Below, piece after piece: positions 37,212 through 50,060 of a stretch of DNA of 64,000 bases. Each line of letters begins with the position of its first letter. Within the stretch, counting starts at the first letter, position 1. The position numbers were made by a program, and so were the translations under genes. This DNA comes from Zootoca vivipara. Its lineage: Eukaryota. The stretch is from positions 41,664,001-41,728,000 of the forward strand of contig NC_083288.1 in assembly GCF_963506605.1 (NCBI RefSeq). The letters run 5' to 3'. A model generated the notes under the pieces. The model saw only the letters and a list, made by a program, of their open reading frames with translations. It did not search any database and had not been told where the DNA came from.

Positions 37212-38129
37212 GTTTTTTCAGACATATTGCTTCTAAAAGGGGAGATCCTCCTTATTAAAATAGTGAGATCAAAGGGCTTTTAAGGAGAGAGACACAAGTG
37301 TTCAAGGCAGAGACTGTTAGGGTGGCAAAAATATTTTTGAATACCCCATTGAGTGTTAGTATCAAGCAGCAATTCTTGGTTGAGCAACTGAAAGAGTTCA
37401 GTGCTGAGATGCATAAAATGTAAATAAAAATGGATTACTCCCCCATCTCCACCTGATCATTTTCACAGAGTTATCTCTTACAAAATTGAACACATTTATT
37501 TTCCATGGAGGAAATAAGAAGTAGTAAAGTTACTTTCAATTTCTTGGCAACACTTTCATTGACAAAAAAAGGAAGAAAATAAAATTTCCTAGCACACAGA
37601 TTTCCTTTGTTTAAAACTTTCTTGGTTCAAACAATTAGAGCATATATTTTGTTCTGCCTTCAGCCCGTTAATGACCGACTTTCCTTCTCTTCTTCCTAAT
37701 GCTAGAAAGCAGCTAACTCTCAGAATGTAGATTTCCACCAGCAAACATAGAAATCTTTTTCAGTTGTAAATTATAGCCACCTATAATTATGAAAGGGAGG
37801 CTTTTGCAGAACCCATGCCCAACAGGGCTCTTATGTCTTTTTGGGGAAAGAGGATGATTCCTCCATTCATAAGTCACTTAACTTGGACAGGATTCCTGGG
37901 AGTTGACAGCTTCTTGGTCTTCAAACACAGAAAATGTTTATTTTACAGAGCATCAGATGTTAATCCCCTGTTTTCTCCGGAGTGAGTCCAATACTCAATA
38001 TTTATGACTGACTATCATCAATCACTATGTCTACATAAGGCAGCTGCTGAAAACCTCTTTGCAAATATTCTACTGTACACACAAAGAAAAGCACAAAATA
38101 CAGTAAAGGGCAGGTTTATTATTTCTTTA

Positions 38130-39028
38130 TTATTTCTTCCTTATTAGCTGTTCCCTGTTGTTCAGCTCAGGCCTCAGAAGGATTATATAACATTTTGGGA
38201 AGAAGATGCAAACCAGCAGCCCACCACCGGAGGCTAAGATGGAGAAGATCTCCACAGCTACCATATATTTTCCCTTGGTGCTCAGGTAGGAAGGAATAAA
38301 GGACAGCCAAACACTGCAGAAGACCAACATGCTGAAAGTGATGAACTTGGCTTCGTTGAAACTGTCTGGTAACTTCCTAGCAAGGAAAGCCACAGCAAAA
38401 CTTACAGTTGCCAGGAAGCTCATGTAGATGAGGACACAGTAAAACATGGCCACAGACCCCTCATTACATTGTAGTATGATTTCTTCTGTCACTGAGTGCA
38501 TGTCCACATCAGGGTATGGGGGAGAGGTTGCCAACCACACAATACATATCCCTGCTTGGACTATGGAGCAGGAAAGGAGAATGGAGTGGCCTAGTCCTTT
38601 CCCCACCCATTTCCTCATCCTGGACTCTGGTTTTGTAGCCATGAAGGCCAAAACCACAGTTAAAGTTTTTGCCAGGACACAAGAAACAGCGGTTGAGAAG
38701 ATGATGCCAAAAGCTGTTTGTCGGAGGAGGCAGGTCACTTTCTCTGGTCGGCCAATGAAGAGCAATGCACACAGGAAGCAGAGCAGGAGAGAGATGAGGA
38801 GAGCGTAGGTGAGGTTCCGGTTGTTTGCAATGACAATGGGTGTGTCGTGGTGTTTTATAAATGTACCAAGTACCAGAGCTGTGATCAAGGAAAGGGAAAG
38901 AGAGAAGCAGGCTAAACTGATGCCCAAAGGTTCTTCATAAGACAAGAAGCTGATATCCTTGGGTAGACATGCATCCCGGTTCTTGCTTGAATAGTCTTTG
39001 TCTGGGCATTTATTACAGTCATTCATAT
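38130..39028 (-). CDS. V2R gene E exon 6 (7TM)
   Basis: 899 bp open exon. Confidence 0.97.
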
Positions 39029-39151
39029 CTGGGGAAAATAATAATAAGGAAATGACCTTTAGCTCAATCATGTCAGCTTACTGAAATGTTTAATGTTCTA
39101 TTTAATCTAAGTCCTATGTCTGGATCTATTTAATCTATTTATTTCTCCTAC

Positions 39152-39278
39152 CATCCTGGTTTGCAATCTTCCCCTCTGCACATGGGATGCAATCGTAGCA
39201 GCAAGGCGGCTGTCCCTCCTTCACTTTCTTGCTGGATCCTGGAAGACAACTCTCAGTACAGACCGAAAGAGGCTGAGT
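39152..39278 (-). CDS. V2R gene E exon 5
   Basis: 127 bp; aag acceptor, gtag donor; ...CTESCLPG...CCYDCIPC. Confidence 0.93.
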
Positions 39279-39429
39279 CTTATCCATAAATGGAAGAAGA
39301 GAAGGTTCATCAAGAGTCTAATGAGTATGGAATCCTTTCTATTTTCGGGCCTTTCTCTGTTACTAATCTGACACAGCACTCCAGTAATATGTAATGGCTA
39401 TACAGAGAGCAATTGCTTCTCTTTGTATT

Positions 39430-40303
39430 GCATGACGAAGCTCCCAGAAATCCCCCCTAAATAACTCACAACTCACACGATATTTTAGGTTTGGATTTTT
39501 GGCATTATTTTGGCCACTGCTTTATTTATAATACAATTTAATTCTGAGTGTTGGCTTAGGTTTTGGTTAATCCATCTGTCCACTCTAAGGGACAGGACCA
39601 TTTCCATCTGACCATGTTGGGTCAGGACCATTCCATCTGCCCGGGTTGGGCAGGACCATTTCCATCTGACCTCCTTTTGGGTCAGGACCAGCTCCGACTT
39701 ACCTATGCGTAGGTAAGTCAAGTAAACACCCCAAGGGAGTGGAGGTACTGTTCACAGACACTCTCCTCTCGACCCAGGAATGTTCCCCAAGGCTCAGCTC
39801 TGTAATGGCTGCACCATCCTTGCCTATGGCAGGATGAATGGACTAGATTCCCTGAGCCCCAGGATTCCTTTAACGGAATACTTCTATGAGGAGCAAGATA
39901 GGGGGGTAGGCAATTTAATGCCATGCCCCCTCCTATAACCAATTTATTAACCAAAACCTAACAAGTTGTGACAATTTGCTAAGCAGTAGGCAAAAGCAAA
40001 ATTGCAACAGCCAATCAGCCAAGTGGCAAAATTCCTACTGGGCCCCTGAATACAGGTGGCCCCTGAAAAGGCAAAGCAATGTCAGCTAAAGCCTATAGAA
40101 ACGGCGGCGGACGGGTGGGAGATTCGAAGTCTTGCCGAGAGTGAGTTGAAAACGAAAGTAATTTGGGCTTAAGTAGGGGTCAGCCTGTCAATCAAAATGC
40201 TGTTACATGCCCTCATGACTCAGCCTATACTTCAGCCCACTCCCTCCCGGATTTCTTTAAGCTCTTCCGCAACCCCCATTACCCTCTATGGAGCGTAATG
40301 GGC
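39430..40303 (-). mobile_element. E-specific insertion, possibly a DIRS/Ngaro terminal-repeat remnant
   Basis: Absent in D. No TG..CA ends and no clear TSD; minus-strand AATAAAGCAGTGGCC; about 30-bp tandem CAGGACCATTTCCATCTG units at about 39590-39690. Confidence 0.5.
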
Positions 40304-40311
40304 TTTAGTAG

Positions 40312-40382
40312 CATAGCTGCCAAGTCTCCCGTTGAAAAATCTGGATGAGCACCTGCGAAAAATGGGAGACTTGGCAGCTATG
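40312..40382. mobile_element. Internally deleted hAT MITE, 71 bp, same site as 28946 in D
   Basis: Both CATAGCTGCCAAGTCTCCC TIRs retained; flanks TTTAGTAG/ATTAGTAG. Confidence 0.85.
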
Positions 40383-40686
40383 ATTAGTAGCAGTAATATT
40401 TGAAGTTATGTGATATTCCCTTGATATTGCTCTGGGATGTGCAGTGCCCCATCTGTTCTGCAAAGATTGCTCTGTCCATTTAGGTACACTTTGAAGTTAC
40501 TCTAGTTTCCCTGTTAATTTTGTTATAATTGATACTTTTGAGTATGTTGTCCACTAGGTAGACAGCTCTAGAACTGATTTTGGTGCCAGTGGCTACACCT
40601 ATTCTTGGACCCATCAGATGCTGCCTGGGGAAAAGTTCCGAATAAGACATCCAGAGTGGCTGGGAAAACCTACCCAGATTGGGGTG

Positions 40687-40721
<35 letters not shown>

Positions 40722-41198
40722 GAGGAATGCAATCTTTGTGATTTGTAATACAAAAATATTCTGGACAAATACGTGAATTGGAGTGAAGCTATCCAAGACC
40801 TATGACACTCCTTGGAATGCTGCAAAACAATTCTCAGCATGTTAAGAACAAAATATACCTCTGAAAACATATTATCAGATCACTCCTTTAAAGTTTGATG
40901 CATCCATTCCTAATGCTCTGTCTCTTGCTCTTCACACCTTTCTTCTTCTGCCCCCCCTTCACTCTCTCAATCTTCACCACTTCTCCTGTTTCCATCTCTT
41001 CCACTGGCACCCTTAGAAGATATGTGGTCTCCTGCATCTGCTGCTGTCCTCGATTTCTTCCCCTGGTATTATAATTTCTTCCTCTTGTATTATAATTCCC
41101 CACCTTTCTAGCAAGAAATACAAAACTCTGAGGCTATTCAATTCAAACATCATCTTTCACTATGTCAGGAATCAGTATTTAATAAGTCTAAAGAAATC

Positions 41199-44100
41199 CA
41201 TGGACAAAGACAACAGGCATATAAAATTTATGACGCTGGAAGATGAGCCCCTCAGTTCGGAAGGCGGCCAAAATGCTACTGAGGAAGAGCGGAGGACAAG
41301 TACAAGTAGATTCAGAGCTGATGAAGCGGCTGGGCCAAAGCCGAAAGGTCGCTCAGTTGCAGATATGCCTGGAAGCAAAAGGAAAGTCTGATGTTGTAAA
41401 GAAAAATATTGCATAGGAACCTGGAATGTAAGAACCATGGATGAAGGTAAGCTGTTTCTTGTCAAAAATGAGATGACAAGAATAAATATCGACTTCTTGC
41501 GCATCAGTGAACTAAAATGGAAGGGAATGGGCAAATTCAGTTCGGGTGACTATCATATCTACTACTGTGGGCAAGAATCCCGTAGAAGAAATGGAGTGGC
41601 CCTCATAGTCAACAAAAGAGTGGCGAAAGCTGTAATGGGATGCAATCTCAAAAATGACAGAATGATCTCGATACGAATCCAAGGCAGACCTTTTAACATC
41701 ACAGTAATCCAAGTTTATGCACCAACTACCGGTGCTGAAGAAACTGAAATTGACCAATTCTATGAAGACTTACAACACCTTCTAGAAATGACACCAAAGA
41801 AGGATGTTCTTCTCATTACAGGGGATTGGAATGCTAAAGTAGGGAATCAAGAGATAAAAGGAACAACTGGCAAGTTTGGCCTTGGAGTTCAAAATGAAGC
41901 AGGGCAAAGGCTAATAGAGTTCTGTCAAGAGAACAAGCTGGTCATCACAAACACTCTTTTCCAACAACACAAGAGACGACTCTACACATGGATATCACCA
42001 AATGGGCAGCATCGAAATCAGATTGAGTATATTCTCTGCAGCCAAAGATGGAGACGCTCTATACAGTCAGCAAAAACAAGACCTGGAGCTGAATGTAACT
42101 CAGATCATCAGCTTCTTATAGCAAAATTCCAGCTTAAACTGAAGAAAGTAGGAAAAACCACTGGGCCAGTAAGATACAATCTGAATCAAATCCCTTATGA
42201 ATGCACAGTGGAAGTAAGGAACAGGTTTAAGGATTTAGACTTGGTGGACAGAGTGCCTGAAGAACTATGGATGGAGGCCTGTAACATTATACAGGAGGCA
42301 GCTACGAAAACCATCCCAAGGAAAAGGAAATGCAAGAAAGCAAAATGGCTGTCCAACGAGGCCTTACAAATAGCGGGGGAGAGGAGGCAAGCAAAATGCA
42401 AGGGAGATGGGGAAAGATACAGGAAACTGAATGCAGATTTCCAAAAAATAGCAAGGAGAGACAAGAGGGCCTTCTTAAATGAGCAATGCAAAGAAATAGA
42501 GGAAAACAATAGAATGGGGGAAAACGGAGATCTGTTCAAGAAAATTGGAGATATGAAAGGAACATTTCATACAAAGATTACCATAATAAAGGACAAAAGT
42601 GGTAAGGACCTAACCATAGCTGCCAAGTTATCCCTTTTTTACAGGGATTTTCCCTTATGCTGAATAGGCTTCCTCGCGAGAAAAGGGAAAACTTGGCAGC
42701 TATCGACCTAACAGAAGCAGAAGACATCAAGAAGAGGTGGCAATAATACACAGAGGAATTATACCAGAAAGATATGGAGGTCTCATACACCCCAGGTAGT
42801 GTGGTTGCTGACCTTGAGCCAGACATCTTGGAGAGTGAAGTCAAATGGGCCTTAGAAAGCACTGCTAATAACAAGGCCAGTGGAAGTGATGATATTCCAG
42901 CTGAACCCAATATGCCAGCAAGTTTAGAAAACTCAGCAATGGCTAGAGGATTGGAGAAGATCAGTCTACATCCCAATTCCAAAGAAGGGCAGTGCCAAAG
43001 AATGTTCCAACTACCGCACAATTGCGCTCATTTCACATGCTAGCAAGGTTATGCTTAAAATTCTACAAGGCAAGCTTAGGCAGTATGTGGACCAAGAACT
43101 CCCAGAAGTGCAAGCTGGATTTCGAAGGGGCAGAGGAACCAGAGACCAAATAGCAAACATGCACTGGATTATGGAGAAAGCTAGAGAGTTCCAGAAAAAC
43201 GTCTACTTCTGCTTCATTGAATATGCAAAAGCCTTTGACTGTGTTGACCACAGCAAACTATGGCAAGTTCTTAAAGAAATGGGAGTGCCTGATCACCTCA
43301 TCTGTCTCCTGAGAAATCTCTATGTGGGACAAGAAGCTACAGTTAGAACTGGATATGGAACAACTGATTGGTTCAAAATTGGGAAAGGACAAGGTTGTAC
43401 ATTGTCTCCCTGCTTATTTAACTTATATGCAGAATTCATCATGCGAAAGGCTGGAGTAGATGAATCCCAAGGCGGAATTAAGATTGCCAGAAGAAATATC
43501 AACAACCTCAGATATGCAGATGACACAACCTTGATGGCAGAAAGTGAATGGGAATTAAAGAACCTTTTAATGAGGGTGAAAGAGGAGAGCGCAAAATATG
43601 GTCTGAAGCTCAACATCAAAAAAACCAAGATCATGGCCACTGGTCCCATCACCTCCTGGCAAATAGACAGGGAAGAAATGGAAGCAGTGAGATATTTTAC
43701 TTTCTTGGGCTCCATGATCACTGCAGATGGTGACAGTAGTCACGAAATTAAAAGATGCCTGCTTCTTGGGAGAAAAGTGATGACAGACCTAGACAGCATC
43801 TTAAAAAGCAGAGACATCACCTTGCCGACAAAGGTCCGTATAGTTAAAGCTATGGTTTCCCCAGTAGAGATGTATGGAAGTGAGAGCTGGACCATAAAGA
43901 AGGCTGATGGCTGAAGAATTTATGCTTTTGAATTATGGTGCTGGAGGAGACTCTTGAGAGTCCCATGGACTGCTAGAAGATCAAACCTATCCATTCTTAA
44001 GGAAATCAGACCTGAGTGCTCACTGCAGGGACAGATCCTGAAGCTGAGGCTCCAGGACTTTGGCCACTTCATGAGAAGAGAAGACTCCCTGGAAACGACC

Positions 44101-44257
44101 CTGATGTTGGGAAAGATGGAGGGCATAAGGAGAAGGGGACGACAGAGGACGAGATCAAGCTGTGAGAGGCAGTGGAAGACAGGAGTGCCAAGCGTGCTAT
44201 GCTCCATGGTGTCACGAGGAGTCGGACACGACTAAATGACTAAACAACAACAACAAT
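41199..44257 (+). mobile_element. Near full-length BovB (RTE) LINE, decayed
   Basis: APE endonuclease (GTWNVRT, ISELKW, QVYAPT, GDWNAKVG, SDH) and RT (QAGFRRGRG, LSPCLFNLY, YADD); (CAA)n tail; broken by a MITE and deletions. Confidence 0.95.
42615..42704. mobile_element. hAT MITE, 90 bp, inside BovB
   Basis: CATAGCTGCCAAGTT / AACTTGGCAGCTATC ends; exact 8-bp TSD GACCTAAC. Confidence 0.9.
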
Positions 44258-44633
44258 GACCCACATTCAGATGAAGGATTCTGTGGTGCAATAACCACAT
44301 TTGTATGAATTCAGCTTGTAGTGTGGTCTGTGAATGGTTGGGATTAGGCTGAGACAACCTAGCTGTTGTTATTTTTGTCTGAATTAGGATCCCCCTAAGG
44401 CATATTTACATTGTATTCTTCTGTTTTGTAACCTCTTTAATAAAATATTTGCCTTCAATCCAAGTGTGGCTTCTAGCAGTAAGATTTTGGTTCATAATCT
44501 AGTATCTGGATGCTTTGGTCATACACCACTCATCAATTTACGGCTCAAAAGACAGTGAGTAGACCTGCAGGTGGATAATGATTGCTTATTCAATACTGAA
44601 TCTCTTTGGAATTAGCAAACAATTCAACCCTAC

Positions 44634-44861
44634 CTGGTTAAACCAACTGTGCCATGTGATGGCATCTTCCTCAAGGATGAATGCTTGGTCTGCAGGAGCT
44701 TGTGGATCTATCCAGCCAGCTCTCACTCTGTGCAAACTTTGGTTGGCGAATATGATCCAATTGACAATGTCCAAACTAGATTCTGCCTCCCCATTCTGGT
44801 TGATGAAGACCACATCTCCTGCCGTATTGTTAAATGAGATATTTCTCAGAAAGTGATGGAG
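44634..44861 (-). CDS. V2R gene E exon 4
   Basis: 228 bp, AG/GT, open. Confidence 0.95.
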
Positions 44862-45609
44862 CTAGAATGAAAACAGAAAAGGCAGGGATTTGGAAAAGAC
44901 TGCAGTCTAATGCAGGGTGGAGCATTTCCCCCTGTGGGCAGAACCTACAGCAAGTGGTGGAGGATGATTCAGTCAACTGTCACTGGATTCAGGTCCAAGA
45001 ATGGAGAGAGCCAATAAGTTTTCTTTCACACACATGCCTCTCTCACAGCCTTTCTAGAACCCTTCATTTAGCCCATAAATATGTATATGTATTGAGGTCT
45101 CTCTCCTTCTCTCTCTCTCTCTCTCTCTCTCTCTTCCCACCCTCCTGAATATCTCAGAAGACACGGCAGTGGTGTGTGACCAACTGCTCTAAGGAAGGAT
45201 TTGGTTAATATGGGATAGAGGGAATGCCGAACATCTCTCTCAACCATTCCACTGCTTCCTATCTGAGAATGCAGTGGCATCTCAGAGGGCTGCAAAGCTT
45301 CCCTCATAAAAATGTTTTCTCCTCAAATACAGGGCAATGGCTGCTCAGAGAAGGACTCAGCCATCATTCCCCTTTCCTATAGGGTCTCCTGCAGCACAAT
45401 ATGTGGGGAATCATCTAGGATCTCATCATATCCATGCCACCTGCTATTCTGCCTGCAAAGTTATGAATTCAGTTCTGGGCTCTTCTTCCTCATACACTAA
45501 TGCAAATGTTTGAACTCTGAGAAGAAAGAGCAAGCTGAAAGCATTTTGGGAACCCATACAGTGTCAGAAAGTAACAGGGCTTTGTCAGTTGAGGATGTTC
45601 AGTCTTTAC

Positions 45610-46470
45610 CTGCCAAAACTGTTGATTTGGATTCTTCCCTCTCCCTCCATATGCAATTTCTCTGTGTCTGAGTCTGGATGTGGACATGGCATGTAAAGCA
45701 TGGGCCACGGCATAGACAGCACTGTGGATGCTGTAACTGTGGCCTGTCATGCTCATTTCAAAAAGTGATCCAGGAAGGTTCTCCAGCTTCTCTTCTCCGG
45801 TGCAAATATTCCCCTCTCCATTGTTTGCAGTGCTATCAGGGAGTACACATCCAAAGGCTTGTTGCCAGAAGTCCCTGATAAAACTGTCCCTATCTGTGGT
45901 GGCAGGGTTTCTGTGCACAACATACTGATGAAATCCTGGTGGGTTTCTGAAGTGAATTTCAAAGGATATAGAACCACTGAATATTCCTGAATCCCAATTC
46001 CTTTGAAAGACAAATGAGGCGAACTCAACCTGGGCTGTTATTATCCATACTTTACTTTTTGCATTATTTATCATGTCATCATATTCTGATAGGTAAGGAA
46101 GCCATCTAAAAGTTCCCATGGAATAGGATTCTCCAGAGGCAACCACTACATTAGCTTTGCTAATAAACATTTTCTGGCTTATTGTTGCACCCTGTCGTAT
46201 CATTCCAGTAATTTCAGAAATAAAACTAAAATCGGGGATTCTTTCTATGAATGCAAAGCAGACACCACTCTTGGTAAACATTGGGAAAATGGTTTGCACA
46301 AATCTTTCTCCATTTTCATTGTCTGTTGCAATGACTCCAATCCACGTCCACCTGAAATGCAGAAGCAAAGAGAGAATTCCCTTATACTGAAGGGCTTCTG
46401 GGGCTGCCATCTGATAGAAGGGAAGCCCTGGGGTTTTGTTATTCATCACTGGAGCAGAGCCATAAATGAG
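45610..46470 (-). CDS. V2R gene E exon 3
   Basis: 861 bp, AG/GT, open. Confidence 0.96.
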
Positions 46471-47351
46471 CTAAAGCAGGAATGGAGAAAGAGAAGAGAC
46501 CAAGTAATATTTGCAGAGTTTTTTCAAACTATTCATATACATCATGTGATGAATCCTGTTCGTCAGATATGCCCTTTGCCACTCACCAGGGGTTGCAGGC
46601 CCTCTCTCATTTATAGTAAAGACACACATGCAGATGGGCTGAAAATTGGGGTCATCTCCCATTTCTGCTTGTGAAATATTTGTTCTGTTGATGGGGGTGA
46701 GGGTGGGGTGGCATTGTTCCTATTTTTTAAAACAAACCAAACCAAAAACCTATGCACAGTTGCAGTGTCTTGTATGATGGATAAAACTGATTGGCGGGAC
46801 ACACCATGCCCTAAATAGAGGATTGTCTACCCCTACATGAGACAATATTTACTGTAGCCCTGTCAAAATTGCAACATGGGTCTCATATACATTTCTTCTG
46901 TGAAGCTTCTTTTGTCTTCACGATGCACATACCCCAACTGCCACAACTTCCATTTCTGCCTCTCCCCCCCCCCCAATGCTTCTCAGACTTCACTTATGAA
47001 CATTTATTTCACATTCAAACCAGCTGTACAGTACTATTACTGTTCTCCTGCAGAATTGGACAGTATCTGCATTTTCTCATACCTCCAGAGTGTGTTTAAT
47101 TTGAAAGTCCTTTCCCCCTAAACATTCAGTGGCCTTTGGGATATCAGTGTCCTTGAGGTGTGTGTGACATATTTTCTTCAAGTATTGCAGTCTTTCTTTT
47201 CCTTTGTTCAGGTTATTTTATTTTTATTCTTTTTTTTTTTTTACAAGGACCTGATTCTGCTCCCAATTTCATCCGCACCCTGAACTGGTGCTTTGAATTC
47301 AGCCTCTTTCTCAATGCAAGCTAATAGAGGTATTGTACATAGGTGTCCTAC

Positions 47352-47643
47352 CTGCGGAATCTTATAGATATCCAAAACAGTAGCCACATAAAAGGAGATT
47401 TCAGAATCCAGTCCCCCAATGACCCCAGCCAGATCATTTTCAACATCACATATATAATTAGGTACAAATTTCTTCACCATGGATAAAAGCATCAGTGTGG
47501 CAAGATATGTACTCCTTGCATTCATATAGCTGTCATATAAGTGAAAGCCCAAGGTGATATTGGGTAAGATGTGAGGGTCTTTGTTGATCTCCTTCACTGC
47601 AAATGCCAAGGCCATGATATGCTGGTAAAGCTTTGGCACCACC
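47352..47643 (-). CDS. V2R gene E exon 2
   Basis: 292 bp, AG/GT, open. Confidence 0.96.
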
Positions 47644-48826
47644 CTAGAATGAGAGTTGCAAACAGTATCAGAAGGAACTGATATATCCTTTTACATATCA
47701 ACACAGTGGAGTTAACTACCTCTCGATTCCGTTGCTGAACAGTTATTATAATCAGCAAGTTCTTCCAGATGTTTAGAAAACAAGCTTGCTCCATTTTCCT
47801 GGTGACAGCCCTTGAGATACTTGAGAATAGCAATCCGACTTCCCCTCAGCCTTCTATTTTCATAGCTAAAAATATCCACCCACTCCCAACTTTTCCTCAC
47901 AAGGTTTGGTTTCCAGACACTTGATCATATGTTTCACCTTCCTCAGCACCTGTTGAAGCTTGTCAATATCTTTCTTAAATAGTGCTGAACACCACTGAAC
48001 ACAAGGCACCAGGTGTGGTCTGAGCATGGCAGAATAGCACTGCTCCATTAATTCTTTTGATTGGGGCACTATACTTCTGTTGATGCAGACTCCTTCATCC
48101 TTTTCACATGTGCTACTGGCATGCCAGATTTTCCCTATCTTAGTTTAGTGCATCTGATATTTCCTGCCTAAGTGCAGAACCTGCCATTTGTCCCAACTGA
48201 AATTCATTTTGTTAGTTTTGCCCCAGATCTCCAATCTGTAAAGGCCAATGATATCTAGACCAGGGGTTGTGTTGCTATTGTGTTGCTCATAGGAACATTG
48301 GAACCCATGAGGTCTTTCCCTGAAACATCTAGGTCTTTCCCTGACATTTACATTGTTTCTCAGCTTTTTCCCTCTAATGACACCTTCCTTATTCATGAGG
48401 CAGTGATAGTGGTTGTAATTCACAGATTTCTATACTTCATAATGTATACTATCATTTTGAAACAAACCTTAGATTAGATCAGAAAATGACATTATAAGGG
48501 CACTTTGGTTCAGAACAGGGTTTTTTTTTAATTGATTCTCACTTACACTCCTGTTCAGAAAATGTCTATCAAAAATGGCTGTTCAAAAGGGCTATCTCAG
48601 ACATACAAATCTATATACATTTACATTTATTTCCCTATCGAGAAATCAGAGCTTCTACAATATTCTCTTATTTCACAAGAGATTCCTATGGATTTCTACA
48701 TCAGCAAACGTCCCGCTTTTCCCTAGGTAAATGGGCATACGTTTGCAGCCTTTGTCGTTATTCTGAGGCTGCAACTCTAGGTTTGATCATTCCTCTGGAG
48801 TAATAAATGAGTGACTTAGTTCTTAC

Positions 48827-49044
48827 ACAAGCTCATCAGGCAGTGCTGGTGGAGGTTCCTCAGTGAATGTTGCCGGAGAGGAGATGAAGCCACCATGGGA
48901 AACAATGCCACCAATGAGAAACTCTCCTGGCTGATGATACATGTGAAGTGGACGGTGTGGACCTTGGAGCCTGCATTTTGCTATGTGAGCCTGACATACA
49001 TTGTAAGAAAACAGTTCCAGCAGCAAGACCACTAAAACCACCAT
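48827..49044 (-). CDS. V2R gene E exon 1
   Basis: 218 bp, ATG at 49044, donor gtaaga. Confidence 0.92.
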
Positions 49045-49646
49045 TCTCAATACAAAGACCACTATTTGTTCTATGCAGAAACCATAGCACTCTCTTCTCC
49101 AAGATAAAAATTGTCTTGTTTAAATGGTAGTTTATTTCCCCAGGACAACACAATATTGGATTATCCAAAACCACTGTAAGTCCACAGGGTTTTTTGAGAA
49201 GAAACAGCTCAAATTATAGCCCAGTTAATCATCAAGCAGGAATATAGTTTTTCATCCAATGGTAAGGATTCCCTCTGGAATTGCTGAAGAAAATATGTTT
49301 GTCCCATATTTTCTGAACTGTTATTCAGCATCTGGGAATTAGGGTAGTCAGCATCTGGGAATTAGGGTCCCTTCCGGGGACATGAGCCACTGCTTCCCTT
49401 AATCAGGGGAAAGTGAAGGTTGAACAACTACATGGGCTGCTCTCTTGGGTTTGGGAAACTGTTTTGTTGGGTTGAGGCAAAATGAATACAGGGAGATTTA
49501 GTCCAGTTACATCTCATATTCAGTTTTTTCAGACATATTGCTTCTAAAAGGGGAGATCCTCCTTATTAAAATAGTGAGATCAAAGGGATTATCCTCTAGT
49601 GCTCTAAAACAAAGCTGTTTCATACACTGAAGACCAATACAATTTT

Positions 49647-50060
49647 TTTAAAAAAAATAATGTTTTATTTAATTTCTCAACAAGTAAAATACTACAATAC
49701 AATAAAAACAAAAACAAAGCAGAAAAACAGAAACAAAAAGAATGAAAAACACAAAAAAGACAAAAAGAAAAAAGAAAAAACACATATAAATCTTTTCTCA
49801 CATCACAGTGTATATTGGGACCTCCTCGAGTTTCCCCTCCCATTGGTTCATGAATACATTTCTATTTAGCAAATTCTGTTTCAAATTATTCACCTAATAA
49901 AAAACTCATTTTCATCTTACGAAATATCATGTTCACTCATTCCACAGTTTGTTTAAAGCTTGATTTCTAATCTAATACATCACTTTAGCATATTTTTTTT
50001 TAAATACAGTTTAAAATCTTTCCAATCTTCCTCAATCGCTTCCTCTCCCTGGTTGCGGGC
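49647..50060 (-). mobile_element. L1 3' fragment
   Basis: ORF2-end-like RNQGEEAIEEDWKDFKLYLKK; AATAAA and A-tail; 10-bp TSD ATACAATTTT. Confidence 0.75.

Noticed and set aside
39590-39690. About 30-bp spaced repeats resembling a CRISPR array
   Set aside because: Eukaryotic intron, no unique spacers of proper length and no cas genes; a simple tandem repeat.
41437-43914. Long endonuclease and RT ORFs as a host or active gene
   Set aside because: BovB remnant disrupted by a MITE, deletions and stop codons.
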